Part shown: piece after piece, positions 25,888 through 39,374 of the stretch
How positions within the stretch are numbered: position 1 is the stretch's first letter
Layout: each line of letters begins with the position of its first letter
Assembly (NCBI GenBank): GCA_964016885.1
Contig: OZ024740.1
Span: 109,306,001 to 109,370,000 of the forward strand
Length of the DNA stretch: 64,000 nucleotides
Source: Eledone cirrhosa
Lineage: Eukaryota
Reading direction: 5' to 3'
Notes under the pieces: generated by a model
What the model saw: only the letters and a program-made list of their open reading frames with translations
The model's database searches: none
What the model was told of the DNA's origin: nothing
Translations under genes and position numbers: made by a program

Positions 25888-26547
25888 ATGTATGTGTATA
25901 TATATATAATGTATGTGTATATATATATAATGTATGTGTATATATATAATGTATGTGTATATATATATATAATGTATGTGTATATATATATATAATGTAT
26001 GTGTATATATATATATAATGTATGTATATATATATATATATATATATGTGTATATATATATATATAATGTATTTTTAAATATATATATATGTGTATATAT
26101 ATATATATGTGTATATATATATATATATGTGTATATATATATATGTATGTGTATATATATATATATATATGTGTATATATGTATATGTGTATATGTGTAT
26201 ATATGTATATGTGTATATGTGTATATATGTATATGTGTATATATATATATGTGTATATGTGTATATATATGTGTATATATATGTGTATATGTGTATATAT
26301 ATATATATATGTGTATATATATACGTGTATATGTGTATATATATATATGTGTATATATATATATATATGTGTATATGTGTATATATTTATGTGTATATAT
26401 ATATATGTGTATATGTATATATATATATATGTGTATATGTATATATATATATATGTGTATATGTGTATATATATATATATATGTGTATATATATATATAT
26501 ATATATGTGTATATGTATATATATATATGTGTATGTGTATATATATA

Positions 26548-26581
<34 letters not shown>

Positions 26582-26656
26582 TGTGTATATATGTGTATAT
26601 ATATATATATGTGTATGTGTATATATATATATGTGTATATATGTGTATATATATAT

Positions 26657-26692
<36 letters not shown>

Positions 26693-26979
26693 GTATATAT
26701 ATGTGTATATATGTGTATATATATGTGTATGTGTATATATATGTGTATGTGTATGTGTATATATATGTGTATGTGTATATATATGTGTATATATATATAT
26801 GTGTGTATATGTGTATATATATATATGTGTGTATATGTGTATATATATATATATGTGTATATGTGTATATATATATATGTGTATATGTGTATATATATAT
26901 ATATGTGTATATGTGTATATATATATATATGTGTATATGTGTATATATATATATATGTGTATATGTGTATATATATATA

Positions 26980-27012
<33 letters not shown>

Positions 27013-27228
27013 GTGTATATGTGTATATATGTATATGTGTATATATATATATGTGTATAGATATATATGTGTATAGATATATATGTGTATATATATATAT
27101 ATGTGTATAGATATATATGTGTATATGTGTATATGTGTATATGTATATGTGTATATATATATATGTGTATATGTGTATATATATATATATATGTATATGT
27201 GTATATGTGTATATATATATATATATGT

Positions 27229-27260
<32 letters not shown>

Positions 27261-27319
27261 GTGTATATATATATATGTATATGTGTATATATATATATGT
27301 ATATGTGTATATATATATA

Positions 27320-27350
<31 letters not shown>

Positions 27351-27579
27351 GTATATGTGTATATATATATATGTATATGTGTATATATATATATGTATAT
27401 GTGTCTATATGTATATGTGTATATGTATGTGTATATATATATATATGTATATGTGTATATATATATATGTGTATGTGTATATATATATGTGTATATGTGT
27501 ATATATGTGTATATATATATATATGTGTATATATGTGTATATATATATATATATGTGTATATGTGTGTATATATATATA

Positions 27580-27610
<31 letters not shown>

Positions 27611-27915
27611 GTGTATATGTGTGTATATATATATATGTGTATGTGTGTATATATATATGTGTATATGTGTGTATATATATATATGTGTATATATGTATAT
27701 GTGTATATATATATATGTGTATATATATGTGTATATATATATATATATATGTGTGTATATATGTATGTGTATATATGTATATGTGAATATATGTATATGT
27801 GTATGTATATGTGTATGTATATATGTATATGTGTATATATGTATATGTGTATATATGTATGTGTATATATGTATATGTGTATATATATATGTGTCATTAT
27901 ATATATATAAATAAA

Positions 27916-28088
27916 GGGCGGTGAATTGGCAGTATCGGTAGAGGGTAGGATATGCTTTCCAGCATAGTTATGTCCCTTTACGATCTGAGTTCAATTCCCG
28001 CCTTTCATCCTTACGGGGTCGATAAAATAAAGTACCAGTAATGTACTGGGATAATTGCTGGCCTTGTGCCAAAAGTAGAAACAATTAT
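27916..28088 (+). mobile_element. SINE family A
   Basis: TTGGCAGTATCGGTAGAG A box, GAGTTCAATTC B box, CCTTTCATCCTTACGGGGTCGATAAAATAAAGTACC, tail AGAAACAATTAT. Confidence 0.85.
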
Positions 28089-29173
28089 ATATATATAAAT
28101 ATAATGTATGTGTATATATATAAATATAATGTATGTGTATATATATAAATATAATGTATGTGTATATATATAAATATAATGTATGTGTATATATATAAAT
28201 ATAATGTATGTGTATATAAATATATATATATATGTATGTGTATATATATAAATATAATGTATGTGTATATATATATATATATGTATGTGTGTATATATAT
28301 AAATATAATGTATGTGTATATATATATATATATATATGTATGTGTATATATATATATATATATATGTATGTGTATATATATATATATATAATGTATGTGT
28401 ATATATATATATATGTGTATATATATATATATGTGTATATATATATATGTGTAAATATATATATATAATGTATGTGTATATATATATATATAATGTATGT
28501 GTATATATATATGTGTATATATATATATGTATGTGTATATATATATATATATATGTGTATATATATATATATGTGTATATATATATATATGTGTATATAT
28601 ATATGTGTATGTGTATATATATGTGTATATGTGTATATATATATATGTGTATATATATATATGTGTATATATATATATGTGTATATATATATATGTGTAT
28701 ATATATATATATGTGTATATATATATATGTGTATATGTATATATATATATATATGTGTATATATATATATGTGTATATGTATATATATATATGTGTGTAT
28801 ATATATATGTGTATATGTGTATATATATATATGTGTATATATATATATGTGTATATATATATATGTGTATATATATATATGTGTATATATATATATGTGT
28901 ATATATATATATGTGTATATATATATATGTGTATATATATATATATGTGTATATATATATATGTGTATATATATATATGTGTATATATATATATGTGTAT
29001 ATGTGTATATATATATGTGTATATATATATATATATGTGTATATATATATATATGTGTATATATATATGTGTATATGTGTATATATATGTGTATATATAT
29101 ATGTGTGTATGTGTATATATATGTGTATGTGTATATGTGTATATGTATGTGTATATATGTGTATATGTGTGTA

Positions 29174-29206
<33 letters not shown>

Positions 29207-29633
29207 GTGTATGTGTATATATATATATATGTGTATGTGTATATATATATATATGTGTATGTGTATATATATATATATGTGTATGTGTATATATATATAT
29301 ATGTGTATGTGTATATATATGTGTATATATGTGTATATATATATATGTGTATATGTGTATATATATATATGTGTATATGTGTATATGTGTATATGTGTAT
29401 ATATATATATGTGTATATGTGTATATATATATGTGTATATATATATGTGTATATGTATATGTGTATATATATATATGTGTATATGTATGTGTATATATAT
29501 ATATGTGTATATGTGTATATATATATATGTGTATATGTGTATATATATATATATGTGTATATGTGTATATATATATATATATGTGTATATGTGTATATAT
29601 ATATATGTGTATATGTGTATATATATATATATA

Positions 29634-29664
<31 letters not shown>

Positions 29665-29827
29665 GTGTATATATATATATATGTGTATATATATATATAT
29701 GTGTATATATATATATATATGTGTATATGTGTATATATATATATATATGTGTATATATATATATATGTGTATATATATATATATGTGTATATCTATATAT
29801 ATGTGTATATGTGTATATCTATATATA

Positions 29828-29858
<31 letters not shown>

Positions 29859-29865
29859 GTGTATA

Positions 29866-30144
29866 CTTTGAATAACTTTGAAATGTTTTGGCCAGTATTG
29901 GCCCAGGCCATGTCTAACTTAATAGCACCACCTGGCGAAGTCTTTCAATTCAGGATTTGGGCACCATGGCCCATTCGAGAAGAGAATTACTGTTTGCGGA
30001 GACATATCCGGGTGTGGGTGGTTTGTCCGGGATTACTTGGAGGAATTTGTCCAAAGACTTCTTGAATTTTGAGTGGTCAGTTTCTGTTTTGACGTGTCCT
30101 GGTGTGATGTTGAAGAGAGCAGGGCCGATTGAGGTGAAATAATT
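29866..30144 (-). mobile_element. 3' end of a CR1-group LINE
   Basis: [42 protein letters not shown] is a typical CR1-group ORF2 C-terminus; short 3' UTR ending TTCAAAG repeats. Confidence 0.75.
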
Positions 30145-31067
30145 ATATATATATATATGTGTATATGTGTATATATATATATATGTGTATATATATATAT
30201 ATATGTGTATATGTGTATATATATATATATGTGTATATGTGTATATATATATATGTGTATATGTGTATATATGTGTATATGTGTATATGTGTATATATGT
30301 GTATATGTGTATATGTATATATATGTGTATATGTGTATATATATATATATGTGTATATGTGTATATATATGTATATGTGTATATATATATATGTATATGT
30401 GTATATATACATATGTATATGTGTATATATATATATGTATATGTGTATATATATATATGTATATGTGTATATATATATATGTATATGTGTATATATATAT
30501 ATGTGTATATATATATATGTGTATATATATATATGTATATGTGTATATATATATATGTATATGTGTATATATATATATGTATATGTGTATATATATATAT
30601 GTATATGTGTATATATATATATGTATATGTGTATATATATATATGTATGTGTATATATATATATGTATGTGTATATATATATATGTGTATATGTGTATAT
30701 ATGTGTATATGTGTATATATATATATATGTGTATATATGTGTATATGTGTATATATATATATATGTGTATATATGTGTATATATATGTATATATGTGTAT
30801 ATATATATATATATGTGTATTTGTGTGTATATATATATATGTGTATATGTGTGTATATATATATGTGTATATATGTATATGTGTATGTATATATGTGTAT
30901 GTATATGTGTATATATGTATGTGTATATATGTGTATATATGTATGTGTATATATGTATATATATGTATATGTGTATATATATATATGTATATGTGTATAT
31001 ATATATATGTATATGTGTATATATATATATGTATATGTGTATATATATATATGTATATGTGTATATA

Positions 31068-31100
<33 letters not shown>

Positions 31101-31493
31101 GTGTATATGTGTATATATATGTGTATATATATGTGTATATATATATATATGTGTATATATATATGTGTATATATATATGTGTATATATATGTGTATATAT
31201 ATGTGTATATATATATATATATATATGTGTATATATATGTGTATATATATATATATATATATGTGTACATATATATGTGTATATGTGTATATATATATAT
31301 GTGTATATATATATATGTGTGTATATATATATATGTGTGTATATATATATATGTGTATATATATATATATATGTGTATATATGTGTATATATGTGTGTAT
31401 ATATATGTGTATATAATGTATGTGTATATATATATATATATAATGTATGTGTATATATATATATAAATAATGTATGTGTATATATATATATAA

Positions 31494-32478
31494 CTAGCAG
31501 TAAAGCCCGGCGTTGCTCGGGGTCGCTCAGTAGCTGTGTTAAAGTTACAATGTTAAGTTTCTTTTTTGGCTTAAAAACTGTAGTGTCTACTGTGCAGACT
31601 TGCATGTGGTGTTTTTGATTAATATTCCCTCAACCAACAATATGCCTTATGAAGTTAAGAAAACATAACGATAACCCGAATGTTATAACAAAAGAGGATG
31701 CTGGGGATAGAAACTGCACTGGTTCTTTATTAACAAAGATCGAAAATGTAAACACTGCAGCGCAGAGAAAAACATTAGCGTAACCAAATTATCAGTTATG
31801 TCTGTCTGCACGCCTATATCACCTCTCTGCACGACTGTCTGTCTGCATGCCTATATCATCTCTCTGCACGACTGTCTGTCTGCACGCCTATATCACCTCT
31901 CTGCACGACTGTCTGTCTGCACGCCTATATCACCTCTCTGCACGACTGTCGGTCTGCACGCGTATATCACCTCTCTGCACGACTGTCTGTCTGCACGACT
32001 GTCTGTCTGCACGCCTAACGACGAAATATTTGCTTGTTTTACGTAGTCTTTAAATAGACTTGTTTTCAAGTAAAAATATTGTTTTAAAATGCTTTTAAAT
32101 GGAAATGAAGCAAAACGGAAGCTTAGTGTTCGAACTGATGAATTTTGCAGGTCAATATTTTGCTGGCTCGACAACTGTTCGTGTATTGTGTTAATGTCAT
32201 TTTAAACGCCGAGAAAGCCAGCGTAATTTTTTACGTAAGACGCTCAATGTAAACAGAACAAAGGGAAATAACTGATAACTTATGCTCAAAAATCGATACA
32301 TTATATTCGATTTCGTCACATAGGGTGGGTCAATTTGAAATATTTTTTTTCCGATGTCTTCGCTAGGGCTCAATGTACAAGTATAGCAATTTCGGTGCAA
32401 TTCCGTCAGAGATTCTAAGAGGAGATGTGTGCCAAAAATCGATAGACAGACAGACAACCACAGTTTTATATATATAGA
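31494..32478 (-). mobile_element. Complete non-autonomous Helitron (985 bp)
   Basis: Minus strand A|TCTATATATATAAAACTG..(CTGT)n 5' end; 3' hairpin CCCGAGCAACGCCGGG, 8 nt, then CTAG|T; inserted at an AT with no TSD. Confidence 0.85.
31799..32016. repeat. 37-bp minisatellite inside the Helitron
   Basis: TGTCTGTCTGCACGCCTATATCACCTCTCTGCACGAC, about 5-6 copies. Confidence 0.9.
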
Positions 32479-32638
32479 TGTATGTGTATATATATATATA
32501 TAATGTATGTGTATATATATATATATATAATGTATGTGTATATATATATATATAATGTATGTGTATATATATATATATATAATGTATGTGTATATATATA
32601 TATATATAATGTATGTGTATATATATATATATATAATG

Positions 32639-32676
<38 letters not shown>

Positions 32677-33020
32677 GTATGTGTGTATATATATATATAT
32701 ATAATGTATGTGTGTATATATATATATAATGTATGTGTATATATGTATATATATATATAATGTATGTGTATATATATATATATAATGTATGTGTATATAT
32801 GTATATATATATATAATGTATGTGTATATATATATATATAATGTATGTGTATATATGTATATATATATATAACGTATGTGTATATATATATATATATATA
32901 ATGTATGTGTATATATATATATATATAATGTATGTGTATATATATATATATATACCGTCCAAACCCATGCAAGCGTGGAACATGGACGTTAAACGATGAT
33001 GATGATGATGATATATAATG

Positions 33021-33068
<48 letters not shown>

Positions 33069-33106
33069 GTATGTGTATATATATATATATAATGTATGTG
33101 TATATA

Positions 33107-33449
33107 TCATCATCATCATCGTTTAACGTCCGTGTTCCATGCTTGCATGGGTTTGGACGGGGGTAGTCCCACTTGAGGCAAGAGTGGTTGTCTTGCTCGC
33201 ATAGGACTGTCTGGCAGGTTTTCTACAGTTGGATGCCCTTCCTAACACCAACCACATTTACAGTTTGGGACTGGGAGGTTTTTACCGTGTTGCCTACACG
33301 GTGACATTACAGCGTGGACTGTGTGTTTTTTTTTTCGTGACACCTACACGATCTCATTTGTTTCGGCCTGGATTTTGTGGCACCAACATAACTTTACATA
33401 GGAGGGGGTGGTGTGGATGGGGTGGGGGTGGTGGGACGGGGTGTATTTT
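33107..33449 (-). mobile_element. RTE subfamily-2 3' UTR fragment
   Basis: Near-identical to 17578-17920; a short + strand copy of the extreme 3' end lies at 32955-33012. Confidence 0.9.
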
Positions 33450-34151
33450 GTATATATATATAATGTATGTGTATATATATATATATATAATGTATGTGTA
33501 TATATATATATATATAATGTATGTGTATATATATATATATATAATGTATGCGTATGTATATATATATATATATAATGTATGTGCATATATATATATATAT
33601 ATAATGTATGTGTATATATATATATATATAATGTATGTGCATATATATATATATATATATATAATGTATGTGCATATATATATATATATATATATAATGT
33701 ATGTGCATATATATATATATATATATATAATGTATGTGTATATATATATATATATATAATGTATGTGTATATATATATATATATAATGTATGTGTATATA
33801 TATATATATAATGTATGTGTATATATATATATATATATAATGTATGTGTATATATATATATATATATATAATGTATGTGTATATATATATATATATATAA
33901 TGTATGTGTATATATATATATATATATAATGTATGTGTATATATATATATATATAATGTATGTGTATATATATATATATATAATGTATGTATATATATAT
34001 ATATATAATGTATGTGTGTATATATATATATATATAATGTATGTGTGTATATATATATATATATATAATGTATGTGTATATATATATATATATAATGTAT
34101 GTGTATATATATATATATATAATTTATGTGTATATATATATATATATAATG

Positions 34152-34185
<34 letters not shown>

Positions 34186-34286
34186 ATGTATGTGTATATA
34201 TATATATATAATGTATGCGTATGTATATATATATATAATGTATGTGTATATATATATATATATATATATAATGTATGTGTATATAT

Positions 34287-34675
34287 CATCATCATCAATG
34301 TTTAACGTCCGTGTTCCACGCTTGCATGGGTTTGGACGGGGGTTTTCCCACTTGAGGCAAGAGTGATTGTCTTGCTCGCATAGGACTGTCTGGAAGGTTT
34401 TCTACAGTTGGATGCCCTTCCTAACACCAACCACATTTACAGTGTGGGTCTTTGAGGTTTTTACCGTGTATTTTTGTTAGAGATGCCTACTGACTAGGTT
34501 TCGCTTTGTACTTAGGCAAAGCGGATCTTCTGTACTACAGTGTAGCGCCAAAGATCTCTGTCCAGTGACATTGTCTTGGAGAGGTGTGTGTGACCGTCGG
34601 AATTTATCAAGTCGTCCCAGGTTTTCCTGGGTCTACCTACTTCGTGGCTACCGTCTATTTTTATCGCCCTGCACT
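34287..34675 (-). mobile_element. RTE subfamily-2 3' fragment with internal deletion
   Basis: 3' UTR plus the end of the ORF (GRPRKTWD region); the segment equivalent to ~23140-23278 is missing. Confidence 0.85.
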
Positions 34676-34758
34676 TTTATATTTATATATATATAATGTA
34701 TGTGCATATATATATATATATAATGTATGTGCATATATATATATATATATAATGTACG

Positions 34759-34789
<31 letters not shown>

Positions 34790-34822
34790 TATGTGTATAT
34801 ATATATATATATATATATACAT

Positions 34823-34857
<35 letters not shown>

Positions 34858-34859
34858 TT

Positions 34860-34974
<115 letters not shown>

Positions 34975-35047
34975 TATATATATATATATATATGTGTATA
35001 CATATTTACATATTATTCAAAATATTATTAAATGGATAGATAAAATA

Positions 35048-35117
35048 CATGTTTTATTATATATATTTCGAAGGTACTGTGTTGTTTTTCAGTACGTCCT
35101 CATCGGATAAAACACAT
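35048..35117 (-). ncRNA. Hammerhead ribozyme motif with core variant CCGAUGA
   Basis: Minus strand ATGTGTTTTAT CCGATGA GGACGTACTG aaaaacaaca CAGTACCTTC GAAA TATATA TA ATAAAACATGT; 11-bp stem I, 10-bp stem II with one mismatch, palindromic stem III. Confidence 0.7.
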
Positions 35118-35198
35118 AAATTGATGTATGACATACCTCAACTGTGCTGATGGTTCAATTCCTGTCTTGGCAGTGTATATATATATATATATACTGAT

Positions 35199-35248
<50 letters not shown>

Positions 35249-35280
35249 AAATGTATGTGTATATATATATACATATATAT

Positions 35281-35779
35281 CATCATCATAAACGTTTAAT
35301 GTCCGTGTTCCACGCTTGCATGGGTTTGGACGGGGGTTTTCCCACTTGAGGCAAGAGTGATTGTCTTGCTAGCATAGGACTGTCTGGCGGGTTTTCTACA
35401 GCTGGATGCCCTTCCTAACACCAACCACATTTACAGTGTGAGGCTGGGAGGTTTTTACCGTGTAGCCTTCTCTCGAGTAAACAACATCTGATCCCTCTTA
35501 TTTCTAATTTTTTCCTTAGTTCGTTTATGCTTTGCCGTTCACGTATATTACTATTATACATCCAGCGGAGCATGCAAGCTTCGTTCCTCTCTAGTCTGCG
35601 TATATCCTCTGCACACAATGCCCAGGTCTCACTGCCATGCAACATTGCTGTTCGTATGCAGGCATCGTACAACCTGCCTTTCATTTTTGGGGAGAACCCT
35701 TTAGCGGCTAATAATGGTATAAGCTCTCTGAACTTTTTCCATCCAGTTCTGACTCTAGCTACTGTACTTTCAGAGCACC
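35281..35779 (-). mobile_element. RTE subfamily-2 fragment with large internal deletion
   Basis: MKGRLYDACIRTAMLHGSETWALCAED...ERRL joined directly to the 3' UTR. Confidence 0.9.
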
Positions 35780-35801
35780 ATATATATATATATATAATGT
35801 A

Positions 35802-35839
<38 letters not shown>

Positions 35840-35840
<1 letters not shown>

Positions 35841-36677
35841 TTAATACAATAACAGAGAAAGCTTTAAGCTAAACTCTGACTGGTAACCATCTCGCTCAAC
35901 AAACATTAGGGTATACGTTAGTATAATCCCAATTTTGTGTTTGGGGTGCTAACTATATGTATTTTGTGGAAAGCCAGTTGTATTATTTTATATGAGATAT
36001 AATTAAATTTAAATATATCTCTGTTTCCAAACAATTGTTTCATTATAATTTTTCTACAAGTTTGGAGAATGTTTCCAGTTTATGTAGAAGCCTAACATAT
36101 TTTTCTGTAAGAATATATGTAGGTGGGCACTTATAAATCATCAGTGGATGCCCATTAAACTTTGATTTAAGAAAAAATTTCTTTCCGCAGTTATTTTTCG
36201 TGTCCGCTAAGTCGTCCCTTCATGCATCAGATGACCTCCAAATTTGAAATTCCACCAGTCTTTAGACTGAGGAAATATCATAGCGTCACGAAGCAGAAAA
36301 GGGAGGCAATCGCGAGTCACAAGAAAAGTAAAATAATATACACGTGGGTTAATTAGTTTTTTCAAAAACATTATCAATCCTGCGTGTTAAGAACTCAATT
36401 AATTTAAAAAAAATAAATGTATGCATGTATTAATTACACACGCATATAGATACTTTCTTAGGCTAAAAACAGAGAAGTGATACCTAGATAACAAACAATA
36501 TCTCATAACAGTAATAAATACGGAAAGTTACGTTTAAAAGGTATCTGGAAATAAAATTCTCTGGCCAAATCCAGAGTAAAATATTTAATACAATAACAGA
36601 GAAAGCTTTAAGCTAAACTGTGAATGGTAACCATCTCACTCAACAAACATTAGGGTATACGTTAGTATAATCCCAAT
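35840..36677. repeat. ~95-bp direct repeats bracketing ~650 bp of unique-looking sequence
   Basis: TTTAATACAATAACAGAGAAAGCTTTAAGCTAAACT...GTATAATCCCAAT at 35840-35933 and 36584-36677. Confidence 0.75.
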
Positions 36678-36723
36678 ATATATATATATAATGTATGTGT
36701 ATATATATATATATATATATAAT

Positions 36724-36758
<35 letters not shown>

Positions 36759-36759
36759 G

Positions 36760-36801
<42 letters not shown>

Positions 36802-36872
36802 ATGTTTATATACATATATATATATATATATAGGAGGAGGTTATAGCTCACTTGAAGCATTGTGTAATGAGG

Positions 36873-37027
36873 TATAAACGTTTGAATATGTGTAATAAAG
36901 ACAAAACAATGCAGGTATGGACAAGGTAAAGGACGAATTGTCAACAATATCTTTTACAATTGCATTCTTTTTTCTATGTCCATACCTGCATTGTTTTGGC
37001 TTTATTACACATATTCAAACGTTTATA
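36873..37027. repeat. 51-bp inverted repeat with 53-nt spacer
   Basis: 36873-36923 is the reverse complement of 36977-37027 with one mismatch. Confidence 0.9.
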
Positions 37028-37036
37028 TATAATGTA

Positions 37037-37080
<44 letters not shown>

Positions 37081-37081
37081 G

Positions 37082-37119
<38 letters not shown>

Positions 37120-37205
37120 GTATGTGTATATATATAATGTATGTGTATGTATATATGTATATATATATATATATATAATGTATGTGTATATATATAATGT
37201 ATGTG

Positions 37206-37245
<40 letters not shown>

Positions 37246-37306
37246 GTATGTGCATATATATATATATATATATATATAATGTATGTGTATATATATAATG
37301 TATGTG

Positions 37307-37344
<38 letters not shown>

Positions 37345-37347
37345 GTA

Positions 37348-37387
<40 letters not shown>

Positions 37388-37390
37388 GTA

Positions 37391-37428
<38 letters not shown>

Positions 37429-37466
37429 GTATGTGCATATATATATATATATATATATATAATGTA

Positions 37467-37506
<40 letters not shown>

Positions 37507-37524
37507 TACATTATATATATATAT

Positions 37525-37860
37525 GGAGGCACATGGCTTAGTGGTTAGAGCATTGGCCTTGCAATCAAAAGGTTGTGAGTTCAATTCTCAGACCGGGTGA
37601 TGTGTTGTTTCCTTGAGCAAGACACTTTATTTCACATTGCTCCAGTTTACTCAGCTGTAGAAATGAGATGATAGGGACTGGGTTCCCTATCATTCCACTG
37701 CAAAGTGGACGTGTAGGCACCACGGCAAAAAAGCACCCAGCACTCACTGTAAATGAGGTTGGTGTTAGGAAGGGCATCCAGCTGTAGAAATCAAGCCAGA
37801 ATCAGTTCCCGTCCCACCCTTGCAAGCAGGGAAAAGCGGACGTAAAATGAAATGATGATG
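37525..37860 (+). mobile_element. Full-length tRNA-derived SINE family B with RTE-derived tail
   Basis: A box TGGCTTAGTGG, B box GAGTTCAATTC, CCTTGAGCAAGACACTT central domain; 3' part matches the RTE subfamily-1 3' UTR; (GAT)n end. Confidence 0.9.
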
Positions 37861-37870
37861 ATATAATGTA

Positions 37871-37906
<36 letters not shown>

Positions 37907-37909
37907 GTA

Positions 37910-37951
<42 letters not shown>

Positions 37952-37952
37952 G

Positions 37953-37992
<40 letters not shown>

Positions 37993-38003
37993 GTATGTGT
38001 ATA

Positions 38004-38322
38004 CATCATCACCATCATCATTTCATTTTATGTCCGCTTTTCCCTGCTTGCAAGGGTGGGAACTGATTCTGGCTTGATTTCTACAGCTGGATGCCCTTCC
38101 TAACACCAACCTCATTTACTGCGAGTACTGGGTGCTTTTTTTCCGTGGTGCCTCCACGACCAGTTTGCAGTGGAATGATAGGGATCCCAGTCTCTATCAT
38201 CTCATTTCTAAAGCTGAGTAAACTGGAGCAAATGTGAAATAAAGTGTCTTGCTCAAGGAAACAACACATCACCCGGTCTGAGAATTGAACTCACAACCTT
38301 TCTATTGCAAGGCCAATGCTCT
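38004..38322 (-). mobile_element. SINE family B, inverted copy
   Basis: Reverse complement of ~37547-37860. Confidence 0.9.
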
Positions 38323-38561
38323 CTCCCTCTCTCTATATATATGCTCTCTCTATATATATACATATATATATATATACATATATATATAAACGTGTGTATA
38401 TATGCGTGTATATATAATGTCTGTGTGTATATATTGTGTGTATGTGTGTATGTATGTGTATATATGTATGTATATATATGTGTATATATGTGAATGTATA
38501 TGTCTGTGTGTATATAGTGTGTGTGTGTATATATGAGTGTGTGTATATATGTGTGTATGTA

Positions 38562-38593
<32 letters not shown>

Positions 38594-38651
38594 ATGCGTG
38601 TGTATATATACATATCTATTCATATTGTGTGTGTGTGTGTGTGTATATATA

Positions 38652-38835
38652 TACAGGTAAAATTCCGTTATAACAAACACCATTATAATGAATTTTTCAC
38701 TATAACGGAATTTTTTCAATCTCTGGCCACACACTCTATGTGCTTGGTTGATCTCGTTATAAAGAATTTTTCATTACAACGAATTATCTTTTATACCCCG
38801 TGAATTTTGTTATACACATAGTGAAATTTTGTTAT
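38652..38835. mobile_element. Truncated Tc1/pogo-like MITE
   Basis: TA-CAGGTAAAATTCCGTTATAAC start with repeated (C/T)GTTATA subterminal motifs; right terminal repeat incomplete. Confidence 0.45.
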
Positions 38836-38858
38836 ATATATATTTATATGATCGTTAA

Positions 38859-38930
38859 AAGCCTTGGGCGCGCTGATGATCGTTTTTGATGTCCTGTATT
38901 AAGTAGCGAAACATCTATGATCTATGGTTT
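38859..38930 (+). ncRNA. Degenerate hammerhead-like remnant
   Basis: CTGATGA tc GTTTTTGATG tcctg TATTAAGTAGC GAAA CATC TA; stems imperfect. Confidence 0.35.
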
Positions 38931-39028
38931 ACAGCTGATGAATGATTTCTTCTTTTGTTTTGTCCATACTACCATCTTAAACTCTGTTTACAGTAACCAC
39001 ACAGCTCATTTCGTTTCTTGTAATTTTA

Positions 39029-39065
<37 letters not shown>

Positions 39066-39089
39066 GCATATTGTGTGTGTGTGTGATTG

Positions 39090-39121
<32 letters not shown>

Positions 39122-39122
<1 letters not shown>

Positions 39123-39331
39123 GCCATGTAGGTAACACGGTAAAAAGTTCCCAGTCCACACTGTAAATATGGTTGGTGTTAGGAAGGGCATCCAGCTGTA
39201 GAAAACCTGCCAGATAGTCCTATACGAGCGAGACATGATCACCTGACCAATCTTCCCTCAAGTGGGACTACTCCCGTCTAACCCATGCTAGTGTGGAAGA
39301 TAGATGTTAAACGAAGATGATGATGATGATA
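39122..39331 (+). mobile_element. RTE 3' UTR fragment
   Basis: GTTAGGAAGGGCATCCAGCTGTAGAAAACC...GATGATGATGAT. Confidence 0.85.
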
Positions 39332-39374
39332 TATATATATATATATGCATATTGTGTGTGTGTTTGTGTATGTA

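Noticed and set aside
37525-37600. tRNA genes (also at 48162, 41209, 6360)
   Set aside because: A and B boxes are present but no complete cloverleaf; they continue into SINE bodies.
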